NCBI GenBank assembly: GCA_005889405.1
Contig: VBFY01000014.1
Coordinates: 2,542-66,541 of the forward strand
Length of the DNA: 64,000 nt
Reading direction: 5' to 3'
DNA from: Chloroflexota bacterium
GTDB taxonomy: Bacteria > Chloroflexota > Limnocylindria > P2-11E
Below the pieces are notes generated by a model, which searched no databases, had not been told where the DNA came from, and saw only the letters and a list, made by a program, of their open reading frames with translations. Of this stretch, positions 9,588-18,466 are shown piece after piece (position 1 is the stretch's first letter; each line of letters starts with the position of its first letter). The position numbers were made by a program, and so were the translations under genes.

Positions 9588-10196
9588 ATGCGTTACGAGG
9601 CCATCGGGTTCGATCTCCTCACCGCGCTGCTCGACTCCTGGTCGCTGTTCGCGGACATCGCCGGCGGACGCGAGCGCGGTATGCGTTGGCACGCGGCGTC
9701 GCAGTCGTTGCTCCGCGGGAAGCCGTACCGCCCGTTCGACGACGTGATCCGCGATGGCGCGGGCGTCGTCGGCATCGACCGAACGAAGGCGGACGAGCTG
9801 CTGGCTCGCTGGGGCGAGTCCGCGCCCTGGCCCGATGTGCCGGGTGTCCTCGCGCATCTAAATTCCTACACGCGTTTCATCGTCACGAACTGCTCCGAGC
9901 ACCTCGGCGCGCTCGCTGCCGCGCGCGCCGGGACGTTCGACCTGGTGATGACTGCGGAACGCGCCGGCGCCTACAAGCCAGACCCGCGCCCCTACCGCGC
10001 GGCGCTCGATGCGCTCACGCTGCACCGCAAGCGCGTGCTGTTCGTCGCGGGGTCGGCGCACGACGTCGGCGGTGCGTCGCGCGCGGGCATGGACGTGTAC
10101 TGGGCGAACCGCGGACGCGTGCCGCCGCCGACCGACGCGAAGGCGATCCGCGAGGAAGAGGACCTCCGCGGACTTCTCGACGTGCTGGAGGCGTAG
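9588..10196 (+). CDS. HAD-superfamily hydrolase (haloacid dehalogenase-like)
   Basis: FDLLTALLDS motif I, TNC, YKPDPRPY, AGSAHDV. Confidence 0.85.
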   Translation: MRYEAIGFDLLTALLDSWSLFADIAGGRERGMRWHAASQSLLRGKPYRPFDDVIRDGAGVVGIDRTKADELLARWGESAPWPDVPGVLAHLNSYTRFIVTNCSEHLGALAAARAGTFDLVMTAERAGAYKPDPRPYRAALDALTLHRKRVLFVAGSAHDVGGASRAGMDVYWANRGRVPPPTDAKAIREEEDLRGLLDVLEA

Positions 10197-10222
10197 CTAT
10201 TCCGATCGGTCGCGACGCCATC

Positions 10223-12031
10223 GTGCTGCGCGACGACGGTCTGCCGTGCGATCCGCGGACCGATCTCGACTGGCTCGACTGGGTCGCCGCGGGAGAGACG
10301 CGCAACTGGTGCCGGAACGACCTGCTGCTCGACTGGCTCGACGAATATCCGACCATTCATGGCTTCGCGCCGGACGATCAGCTTCCCGGCTACGACGAGA
10401 CCTTCGACCTCGGACGTTTCCTCATGCGGCAGGGTCGCGCGTTCGAGAAGGCCGTGCTCGCCGACCTCGCGCAGCGCTGGCAGCTCGTCCGCATCACGCA
10501 CCGACCCGATGAGGCGCGCGCTCTTCCCGCCGCGATCGCGACGCACGAGGCGATGGAGGCCGGCGTGCCGATCATCGCCGGCGGTGTCCTCCGCGATCCG
10601 CAGCTGCGGATGTTCGGCGTCGTCGACCTGCTCGTGCGCTCGGACGTGCTCGGCCAGCTCTGTCCCGCCGCGTTCGTCGGCGATCCGCTCGAGCTCGCGG
10701 CGATCGGGCTCTCGCACGGGCGGCACTACCGCGTCGTCGACGTGAAGTTCAAGACCCTCGACCTCCTGAAGCTTGGCGGGCTCTCCACATCGCCGAGCGA
10801 TCTCGACACGCTCGCGCAGGCCTGGGTCTACAACGAGGCGCTCGGGCGAATGCAGGGCTACACGCCGCCCGCGTCATACGTCGCCGGCCGCGCATGGAAG
10901 CAGGGCGACGAGCGCGGCGATCGCTGTTGGGAGCGCCTGGCGCGTGTGCCGCACGACACGGTCGTGCGCGGCCGCGACGCCGATCTCCGAGACGTCGTGC
11001 AGCAGGCCGCGGCGTGGATCCGTCGCGTGCGGACCGAGGGCGCCGAGTGGCGCGTGCTTCCGCTGCCATCGGTCCCGGAGCTGTGGCCGAACATGAAAGC
11101 GAATGGGGCTGGTCCATGGCACGACGCGAAGGCGAAGATCGCGGCCGCGCTCGCCGACCTCACGCTCCTCCCGCGTGTGAACACCGTGCACCGCGCCCGC
11201 GCACACGATGCGGGCGTGACGCGCTGGGACGACCCTCGCACGTCATCGCAGTTGCTCGGAGTGAGCAACGAACGTGAGGCGGCCATCGTCGACGCCGTGC
11301 TGGCCGTGAACCGGCCAGGCGGCGAGACGGTGCGGCCGGAGCGGATGGTCATGGCTACACAGGCGTGGCGGGATCGAGCGCCGGTCGAATTCTTCGTCGA
11401 CTTCGAGTTCCTGCCGGACCTGAACGACGACTTCGCGGCCTTCCCGCGCAAGGGCGGTCAGTCGCTGATCTTCCAGATCGGCTCCGGAACGTACCAGGGC
11501 GCGCAGTGGCGATTCGAGCAGTTCACCGCCCGCGACCTGTCCCTCGCCGCCGAGGCGCGGATGATCGACGCGTGGCTCGCGCACCTCGGCTTGGCCGCGG
11601 GGGAGGCCGGCCACGGTCTCGGTGACGCACGCCTGGTTCATTGGTCGCCGGCCGAGACGAGCAACTTCGAGCGCGCGTACGACAACGCCCGCGCGCGTCA
11701 TCCCGATCGCGACTGGCCGGCGCTGGTGTGGTTCGACCTACTGCACGAGGTCGTGCAGGCCGAGCCACTCGTGGTGCGCGGCGCGTTCTCGTTCTCGCTC
11801 AAGCCGATCGCGCGGTCGCTCCACGCGCTCGGACACATCCAGACGCACTGGGGCGAGGGTCTGGCGGATGGAGCCGGTGCGATGGCCGGTGCCTGGAACG
11901 CGGAGGTCGAGGCGAAGCGGAAAGGCGTCGCGCTTGCCGCGACCGAGGTCATGGGCGAGATCGCCCGCTACAACGAGGTCGACTGCCGCGTGATGGCGGA
12001 GATCCTCGACTACCTCCGGCGCGAGCGCTAG
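10223..12031 (+). CDS. TM0106-type RecB-like (PD-(D/E)XK) nuclease with C-terminal RNase H-like domain; start uncertain
   Basis: GVVDLLVRSD...VVDVKF nuclease motif; C-terminal FVDFE, HWSPAE, WFDLL, FSLK, YNEVDC. Confidence 0.75.
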   Translation: MLRDDGLPCDPRTDLDWLDWVAAGETRNWCRNDLLLDWLDEYPTIHGFAPDDQLPGYDETFDLGRFLMRQGRAFEKAVLADLAQRWQLVRITHRPDEARALPAAIATHEAMEAGVPIIAGGVLRDPQLRMFGVVDLLVRSDVLGQLCPAAFVGDPLELAAIGLSHGRHYRVVDVKFKTLDLLKLGGLSTSPSDLDTLAQAWVYNEALGRMQGYTPPASYVAGRAWKQGDERGDRCWERLARVPHDTVVRGRDADLRDVVQQAAAWIRRVRTEGAEWRVLPLPSVPELWPNMKANGAGPWHDAKAKIAAALADLTLLPRVNTVHRARAHDAGVTRWDDPRTSSQLLGVSNEREAAIVDAVLAVNRPGGETVRPERMVMATQAWRDRAPVEFFVDFEFLPDLNDDFAAFPRKGGQSLIFQIGSGTYQGAQWRFEQFTARDLSLAAEARMIDAWLAHLGLAAGEAGHGLGDARLVHWSPAETSNFERAYDNARARHPDRDWPALVWFDLLHEVVQAEPLVVRGAFSFSLKPIARSLHALGHIQTHWGEGLADGAGAMAGAWNAEVEAKRKGVALAATEVMGEIARYNEVDCRVMAEILDYLRRER

Positions 12032-12894
12032 GCCTCGTAGCGCTCGACGAACGATCCGCATTTCGCGACGAGTTCGGACGGGTCATCGTCACGCCAACTT
12101 TCGCCGAACACGAGGTAATGGAGCATCCGCCCGACCAGGCACACGCGGAGCCCGGCCGGCCCGACGAGTGCCAGGCAGGCGTCTTCGAGACGCCGCGGGT
12201 CGACCGTCGGATCCGCCCAACCATCTTCGACCGTGGTCTCGAGCAGGAGACAGGCGAGATCGTACGCGCGGGTTCCCCTGCCGAGGTGAGCCGCGTCGAT
12301 GATGCGCAGCGACCCACCGCTCTCGAGCATGTTGCGAAGAACGAAGTCGCCGTGAACGAGATCGGTGATCGGAAGGCGTAACGAGCGAGCGCCCGCCGTC
12401 AGGCGCTCGAGGCGACCGAGCAACGCCGCGGTCGGCGGGCGTGCACGCATTCGCGCCAGGAGATCCGCATCCCCATTGAATACGACGCCCTGTATGTAGG
12501 CGGACCAGTCCCGGTCAGTCTCAGGTCGCACGTCCGCCTGAAGTCCGTTGGCTCGGAGCAGCTGATCCAAGCCGTCACCGTCGATCTGAGTCGGGACCAC
12601 GCCGTCGACGAACTCTTCCACGATGTAGGTGGCTCCGTCGGGCAAGACCCCGTAGACGAGCCACTGTGATGTCGGCCAGCCACGACGTCTGAGCTTTTCA
12701 ATGGAGCGCGCGGCGGCGAAGAGCTGCGCTGCCGACAGCTCGCGGGCATGCCACTTGAGCACGCCACGTTCGCCACGTGGACCACGCAACTCGTGCGCGC
12801 CTTGCAGGTAGCCGCCCGGGAGACGACCGACAAGCGACCAACTCGTGGCATGGCGTTTGTTGATCAAGTGGATGACGTCGGACATATCGGTCAT
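12028..12894 (-). CDS. Aminoglycoside phosphotransferase (APH)-like kinase
   Basis: VLK, HGDFVLRN, IID, DLA motifs. Confidence 0.75.
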   Translation of the reverse strand: MTDMSDVIHLINKRHATSWSLVGRLPGGYLQGAHELRGPRGERGVLKWHARELSAAQLFAAARSIEKLRRRGWPTSQWLVYGVLPDGATYIVEEFVDGVVPTQIDGDGLDQLLRANGLQADVRPETDRDWSAYIQGVVFNGDADLLARMRARPPTAALLGRLERLTAGARSLRLPITDLVHGDFVLRNMLESGGSLRIIDAAHLGRGTRAYDLACLLLETTVEDGWADPTVDPRRLEDACLALVGPAGLRVCLVGRMLHYLVFGESWRDDDPSELVAKCGSFVERYEA

Positions 12895-12934
12895 ACGACG
12901 AACACGGGTCTACGCGCCTGCAGGAGCAGGCAAG

Positions 12935-14134
12935 CTAGACCTTTGCCAGCGCTCCATCGAGGTCAGCAACGATGTCGTCTGGATCTTCGATGCCGACCGA
13001 GAAACGCAGCGTGCCCTCGTTGATCCCGAGGCGCGCCCGTTCCTCCGGCGCCACGCGCCGGTGCGAGGAGATCGCGGGGTAGAGCACCTCGCTGAAGAGA
13101 TCGCCGAGCGTGGTCGCAGACGCCGCGAGCTGCAGCGCGTCGAGGAATCGGAAGGCGGCCGCCTTCGTCGCGTCTTTGAGATCGAACGTGACGACCCCCC
13201 CGAAGAGGCCGCCGAACTGCCGCTTGGCGAGCTCGTGCTGCGGGTGGTCAGGGAGACCCGGATAGCGGACGCGAGCGATCTTGGGATGCGACGCGAGGTG
13301 TCGAGCGACACGCTGCGCGGTCTCGCATTGGCGGCGAACTCGCAGCTCGAGCGTGCGCATGCCGCGGATGCAGAGCCACGCCTCGTGCGGTGGCAGATAC
13401 GCACCGTCGAGGATGGTCCGGTCGCGCATCGCCTTCGCGACCTCGGCGCTGCCGGCGACGCTGCCCGCCATCACGTCGCCATGCCCGTTGACATACTTCG
13501 TCAGCGAGTGGATCACGACGTCGGCACCGAGTGTCGCGGGCCGCAGCAGCACCGGGGACGCGAACGTCGCGTCGACGGCGAGCGTCGCGCCGCTCGTGTG
13601 CGCGAGCTTCGCGAGCGCGGCGACGTCGGTGATGCGCAGCAGCGGGTTGGCCATCGCCTCGATGTACAGGAGCGTCGTCGGCGCCTCGCGCAGCGCTGCC
13701 TCGACCTTCCTTGGGTCGGTCGCGTCGACGAAGATGATCTTCGCCCCGCGTTCACGGATCCAGCGCTCGAACAGCGCGCGTACCTGACCGTAGATGTCCT
13801 CCTGCGCGACGATGCGGCCACCGCCGGCGACCGCGCAGGCGTCGACGAACGCCGCAATCGCGGCCATGCCCGAAACAAAGCACGTCGCAGCCGCGGTCCC
13901 CTCGAGCTCGGCGAGCGCAATCTCGAGCGCGGCGGTCGTCGGCGTGCCGTAGCGCCCGTAGACGTAGCCCGCGCGGTCGTTGCCGAAAACTTCGTCCTGC
14001 GCGGCCGCGGAGCGGTAATCGAAGGCGACGCTCTGCACGAGAGGGGGCGCGACCGGGATGCCGTCACCTGACGGAAGCGCGCGCGCAGACCGCACGACGC
14101 GCGTGCCGATTCGTATCCCCTTCTCGATCCCCAT
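12935..14134 (-). CDS. Cys/Met metabolism PLP enzyme (cystathionine gamma-synthase/lyase family)
   Basis: YGRYGTPT, SGMAAI, DATFASP, HSLTKYVNGHGD, RFSVGIED. Confidence 0.9.
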   Translation of the reverse strand: MGIEKGIRIGTRVVRSARALPSGDGIPVAPPLVQSVAFDYRSAAAQDEVFGNDRAGYVYGRYGTPTTAALEIALAELEGTAAATCFVSGMAAIAAFVDACAVAGGGRIVAQEDIYGQVRALFERWIRERGAKIIFVDATDPRKVEAALREAPTTLLYIEAMANPLLRITDVAALAKLAHTSGATLAVDATFASPVLLRPATLGADVVIHSLTKYVNGHGDVMAGSVAGSAEVAKAMRDRTILDGAYLPPHEAWLCIRGMRTLELRVRRQCETAQRVARHLASHPKIARVRYPGLPDHPQHELAKRQFGGLFGGVVTFDLKDATKAAAFRFLDALQLAASATTLGDLFSEVLYPAISSHRRVAPEERARLGINEGTLRFSVGIEDPDDIVADLDGALAKV

Positions 14135-14158
14135 CGCTCGCGAGTCTAGGTGCGCGGA

Positions 14159-14506
14159 CTAGTGGCCGGCCTCTTCCTCGATGCGCTCTTCGACGACCTC
14201 TTTGGCGACGGGGCGAGGATGCTCGGTCTCCATTGACTTCGCGCGCTCGATGAGATCCGCGACCTTCTGACCGCCTTTACGGCCGATCCGCTCGAAGTGA
14301 CCGGGGCCGTACTTCGCGGTCACGGCCTTGCCGCCCTTCTTGCCGATGCGGCCGAAGAACTCGGGGCCGTACTTGTTCGCGGTGCTGGAGCCGCCCTTCT
14401 TGCCGATCTTCTCGTAGAACTCAGGCCCGTACTTTTCGCTGACCAAGCGACCGCCCATGCGGCCCGCCTCGGCCACCGTCATTCCACCACCGGATCTGCG
14501 CGCCAT
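14159..14506 (-). CDS. KGG-repeat general stress protein (GsiB/Em-like)
   Basis: Three to four KYGPEFY.KIGKKGG repeats; AAAGGAG RBS. Confidence 0.85.
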   Translation of the reverse strand: MARRSGGGMTVAEAGRMGGRLVSEKYGPEFYEKIGKKGGSSTANKYGPEFFGRIGKKGGKAVTAKYGPGHFERIGRKGGQKVADLIERAKSMETEHPRPVAKEVVEERIEEEAGH

Positions 14507-14684
14507 GGCCTGCTCCTTTCAGTAGCGGCCAAGATGACGGGCAGGGTGCGTGCCGCACGCCTGTCGGCCACCCCGACAACCGGTAACAAGTGCGCAACGA
14601 TTGCGTCAGACAGGGGCCATTTCGAGGCCGATGGGCTCCGCGCAGACAAAACGCGACGATCAGCGAGGACGCGGTCGCGAGCGG

Positions 14685-16049
14685 TCAGCCCAGCGAACGG
14701 CCCGCGAAGGCGTGCAGGAACCTGCCGAACGCGCGGATGTGATCCACGTAGTCGTCGATCGCGATGTTCTCGTTGGGCGCGTGGTTCGCGGACGATGCGT
14801 TGCCCGACCCGAAGCCGACGACCGGGATTCCCAGCTGATCGCAGACCTGCGCCATCGGTCCGCTGCCGACCATCAGCGGATAGACCACCGGATCCGTCCC
14901 GTACGTGGCGCTGCACGCCGCAACGGCGGCGCGCGCGGGCGCTGAATCCGCGGGCCAACGCGACGGACGTTCGCCGTGCATCAGGGCGACCTCGATGTCA
15001 CCGAAGCCGCGCCGCTCGAGGTGCGCGCGCAGCAGGCGTTCGACGAGCTCCGGCGTGAGATCCGGCACGAGACGGAAGTCGAGCTTCGCGCTCGCGACCG
15101 CGGGCAGCACCGTCTTTGAGCCGGGGCCGGAGTACCCCGACGTCAGACCGCAGATCGTGCAGGTCGGCTCGAAGAAGTGCTTGAGCTTGAGCGGCGTGCC
15201 GGTGAGGCCGCGGATGAAGCGCGGCACGTCATGAATGCGCTTCGTCGCCTCCTCGTCGTACGGCAGCGCCTCGAGCCTGCGGGTCTCATCCGGCGTCGGC
15301 TTGCGCACCGCATCCATGAGGCCGTCGAGGACGATCTCGTCTCGGTCGTTCTTCAGCGTCGCGAGCGCCCACACCAGGCGCCATGCGGCGTTCGGAATGA
15401 TCGTCGCCTGCGATGAGTGCGCGTCCTGCTTCGCGCCGCGCACGCGCAGCTCGAAGTACGCGATGCCCTTGAGACCCAGCGAGACCGTCGGCCGGCCCGC
15501 CGCGTCCTTGTACCCTGCTTCCCAGATGCACCCGTCCGCCCGGAGTCGATCCGCGTTCCGTTCGACGAACTCGGCCAGATGCTCGGAGCCGATCTCCTCC
15601 TCGCCCTCGTAGAGGACGCGCACGCGGAGCGGCAGCTCGCCGAACGTCGCGCGGTAGGCCTCGATCGCCTGAAGGCGCGCCATGAGGTTGCCTTTGTTGT
15701 CGGATACGCCGCGTGCGAACAGATGACCATCGCGTTCGGTCGGCTCGAACGGCGGCGTCTTCCACTCGTCGAGGGGATCGGGAGGCTGTACGTCGTAGTG
15801 GTCGTAGACGAGGAGCGTCCTTTCACCGCGGCCCGTCTCGCCGACGATCGTGGGCGGTCCGCCATCGACGCGCAGGCTCTCCGCCGCAACGCCCGCGCGC
15901 CGCGTGCGCTCGAGCACCGCGCGCGCGGTCTCGTCGATCGCGCTTTTCTGCGCCGAGACGGTGGGAAGGCGCACCAGACTCTTCAGCTCTTCGATGTACT
16001 CGCGCTCGTGGGCGCGCACATAGGCATCGAACGCGTCGAAGGAGGTCAC
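14685..16049 (-). CDS. M20/M25/M40 family metallopeptidase
   Basis: HYDVQP, RGVSDNKG, EGEEEIGS, HAPNEN. Confidence 0.9.
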   Translation of the reverse strand: MTSFDAFDAYVRAHEREYIEELKSLVRLPTVSAQKSAIDETARAVLERTRRAGVAAESLRVDGGPPTIVGETGRGERTLLVYDHYDVQPPDPLDEWKTPPFEPTERDGHLFARGVSDNKGNLMARLQAIEAYRATFGELPLRVRVLYEGEEEIGSEHLAEFVERNADRLRADGCIWEAGYKDAAGRPTVSLGLKGIAYFELRVRGAKQDAHSSQATIIPNAAWRLVWALATLKNDRDEIVLDGLMDAVRKPTPDETRRLEALPYDEEATKRIHDVPRFIRGLTGTPLKLKHFFEPTCTICGLTSGYSGPGSKTVLPAVASAKLDFRLVPDLTPELVERLLRAHLERRGFGDIEVALMHGERPSRWPADSAPARAAVAACSATYGTDPVVYPLMVGSGPMAQVCDQLGIPVVGFGSGNASSANHAPNENIAIDDYVDHIRAFGRFLHAFAGRSLG

Positions 16050-16058
16050 ACCGCTAGG

Positions 16059-16364
16059 CTAGTCCGACGTGACCGGAGACGCTGTCCGTGTCTTGCTGCG
16101 TCCGAGCTCGCAGCGTGGCGAGTACGGCGTGATCTCGATCCACCGCTTCTCGCAGAGATAGTGGATGAGGCCGTCGGCGTCCTCGATCGTCTCTTGCCGG
16201 TAGACCTTTGCGCGCGGGATCATGAACACGCAGTCGCCGCAGTTGAGCGGCAGCGCCGGACGCGGCCGGCTGGCGCTGCGCGCTACGACGAGCGCGAAGC
16301 CCAGCGCCGCCAGTGAGACGACAATGACCACCGCGAAGATGGCGAAGATGGCCAGCGGACCCAT
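16059..16364 (-). CDS. Small membrane-anchored protein with four Cys (CxxC...C...C)
   Basis: N-terminal TM helix, then NCGDC, YLCE, PRCE; GGAGG upstream. Confidence 0.6.
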   Translation of the reverse strand: MGPLAIFAIFAVVIVVSLAALGFALVVARSASRPRPALPLNCGDCVFMIPRAKVYRQETIEDADGLIHYLCEKRWIEITPYSPRCELGRSKTRTASPVTSD

Positions 16365-16413
16365 ATCCGTTCGGGCCTCCTCCCCGTATCAACGGTATCA
16401 GGAGGTGAGCGCG

Positions 16414-16590
16414 ATGCGAGGAATGCTCTTGTCCATGGCCGCGGCCTTGCTGCTGGCCACCAGCGCGTGCGCGGCGGCCGGGTCGGGCGGGAGCGGCACT
16501 CCCAAAGCCTCTCCGGCGAACGCCACGACCGCACCGTCGTACATGCCCACACCGACCGGCGGCATGCCGGCTGACCCGTACGGGTATTAG
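16414..16590 (+). CDS. Small Pro/Thr-rich putative lipoprotein (58 aa)
   Basis: AGGAGGT RBS; signal peptide ending in lipobox-like TSAC. Confidence 0.65.
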   Translation: MRGMLLSMAAALLLATSACAAAGSGGSGTPKASPANATTAPSYMPTPTGGMPADPYGY

Positions 16591-16599
16591 TCTCGCCAT

Positions 16600-17529
16600 A
16601 TCAGGTTCGGCATCCATGTCGGCCACCTCGGCGGACCGCTCGACGAGCTGCGCAGGCTGTGGCGCTTCGCCGACGAGCGCGGTTTCGACTGGTTCTCCGT
16701 CTCCGATCACTTCCAGGAGACGCCGCATCAGGGCGGTGCTGGTGACTGCTTCGAATCCATCGCGACGCTGACCGCCGCCGCCGCGGAAACAACACGCGTG
16801 CGCGTCGGCTGCCTCGTCTTCAGCATCGCGTTTCGCAACCCCGGTCTACTCGCGAAGTCCGTGACCGCCATCGACCATCTGTCGGACGGTCGCGTCGAGT
16901 GCGGGATCGGCGCGGGCTGGAACGAGCCGGAGTACCTGGCTTTCGGTTACGACTTCCCCGACATCCGGACGCGCGAGGATCAGCTCGAGGAGTACGCCGA
17001 GGTGCTGCGGCTTCTGTTCGATGAGCCGTTCGCGGATTTCTCAGGTACGTACTTCAGGCTGAAGCACGCTCCGAACAACCCGAGGCCCGTGCAGCGACGC
17101 CTCCCGCTCTGGATCGGCGGCGCCGGCGAGAAGCGGACGCTCCGGACCGCGGCACGCTTCGCCGACGGCTGGAACGCGCCGTATCTCGCTCCCGCTCAGT
17201 GGAAACGCAAGAACGAGGTGCTCGACCGCTGGTGCGCCGAATTCGGTCGCGACGGCCGTTCGATCGCGCGCACCATCAACGTCGGCTTCTACATGGGCGC
17301 CGACGCGAAGGGCGCGGCGCGGGGCGAAGAACGTTACCAGCACGAATGGGGCGCCGACACCCGCGGCTTCACCGGATTTCTGCGTGGAACTCCGTCCCGT
17401 GCCGCGGAGGTCGTTGGAGCGTTCCGCGATGCGGGCGTCGAGCGGCTCAACATCGCAGTGCGCAGCGGCCCGTACGACTGGGACGCCCTTGCCGCGTTCG
17501 CCGAGCAGGTCGTCCCGACCGTCGGATGA
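16600..17529 (+). CDS. LLM-class (luciferase-like, possibly F420-dependent) oxidoreductase; no canonical start codon
   Basis: LLM N-terminus (I)RFGIH...GFDWFSVSDHF is in frame 66 codons upstream of the track start; RNPGLLAK, GIGAGW, WIGGAGE, ADGWN. Confidence 0.85.
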   Translation: MRFGIHVGHLGGPLDELRRLWRFADERGFDWFSVSDHFQETPHQGGAGDCFESIATLTAAAAETTRVRVGCLVFSIAFRNPGLLAKSVTAIDHLSDGRVECGIGAGWNEPEYLAFGYDFPDIRTREDQLEEYAEVLRLLFDEPFADFSGTYFRLKHAPNNPRPVQRRLPLWIGGAGEKRTLRTAARFADGWNAPYLAPAQWKRKNEVLDRWCAEFGRDGRSIARTINVGFYMGADAKGAARGEERYQHEWGADTRGFTGFLRGTPSRAAEVVGAFRDAGVERLNIAVRSGPYDWDALAAFAEQVVPTVG

Positions 17530-18071
17530 GCCTCGAGATCATTCGCCTCGACGGCCCGACCTTCGACGCCGCGATCCCCGATCTCGCTGTGATTCTCGCC
17601 GACGCGGTGGCGGGCGGCGCGTCGGTCGGATTCCTGCTGCCGTTCAGTCCAGAGGACGCTGCAACGTGGTGGCAGAGCATCGAACGCGACGTCGTACGTG
17701 GCGACGTGATCGTCGTCGCGGCGCGTCTCGAGCGGCGCGTCGTCGGCACCGCGCAACTGCGCCTCGCGCCGCTGCCGAACGCGCGGCATCGCGCGGAGGT
17801 CGCGAAAGTGCTGGTGCACCGCTCGGCGCGGCGACGCGGGATCGCGACCGCCCTGATGCGCGAGATCGAGCGCCTCGCGTTGTCGCAGGGTCGGACCCTG
17901 CTCGTGCTCGACACGATCGCCGGCAGCGAGGCTGAGCCGCTGTACGTGAAGCTCGGCTGGACGCGGGCCGCGGAGATCCCGAGATACGCCGGCCTCCCCG
18001 ACGGGGAGCTGCGCCCGACGGTGATCTTCTACCGCGACCTGGGCGGGGCGGCGCCGCGCACCTCGCGATGA
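17526..18071 (+). CDS. GNAT family N-acetyltransferase
   Basis: GGASVGF, HRAEVAKVLV, RRRGIA, LLVLDT; ATGA overlap. Confidence 0.9.
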   Translation: MSLEIIRLDGPTFDAAIPDLAVILADAVAGGASVGFLLPFSPEDAATWWQSIERDVVRGDVIVVAARLERRVVGTAQLRLAPLPNARHRAEVAKVLVHRSARRRGIATALMREIERLALSQGRTLLVLDTIAGSEAEPLYVKLGWTRAAEIPRYAGLPDGELRPTVIFYRDLGGAAPRTSR

Positions 18072-18457
18072 ACGCGCCGCAGCTGGACATCGAGCCGCTC
18101 GGGGTCGCAAAACGGGACGGTGACGGCTGGCGCACCACCTGGCGCGTCGCGAACGCGGAACCGGAGGCCGTGCGAATCGTCGGTGCTGTCGCGCCCCACT
18201 CGCAGTTCCGCGGCGAGATCTCGGTCGATCGCGAGTTGCGCGGCAAAGCCTCCACGCAGGTTTCCCTCGTCGTGCGCATCGAGGGAAACGCGGGCGGCGA
18301 GATCGAAAATGCGTTCGTCATTCTTCTGATCGAGCAGGGCGCGGACCGCTGGCGGGTCCTCGCCCGGCTGCGCGTGCCGCTCGATCAGGATGCGCGGCCG
18401 CGACCGCGCGTCGAGGCCATCACGACGCAGCGCGTCGGCTTCTCGGGCGAGCTTTAG
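18068..18457 (+). CDS. Hypothetical beta-strand-rich protein (129 aa)
   Basis: ATGA overlap with GNAT; alternating hydrophobic beta pattern; PHSQF, ENAFVI, TTQRVGFS. Confidence 0.7.
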   Translation: MNAPQLDIEPLGVAKRDGDGWRTTWRVANAEPEAVRIVGAVAPHSQFRGEISVDRELRGKASTQVSLVVRIEGNAGGEIENAFVILLIEQGADRWRVLARLRVPLDQDARPRPRVEAITTQRVGFSGEL

Positions 18458-18466
18458 AGTTCGGCG

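Noticed and set aside
10223-12031. Cas4-like nuclease implying a CRISPR system
   Set aside because: No repeat-spacer array or other cas genes in the window, and no Cas4 four-Cys Fe-S pattern.
14159-14506. 60-bp periodic repeats as a CRISPR or mobile repeat
   Set aside because: They are in-frame coding repeats of the KGG stress protein.
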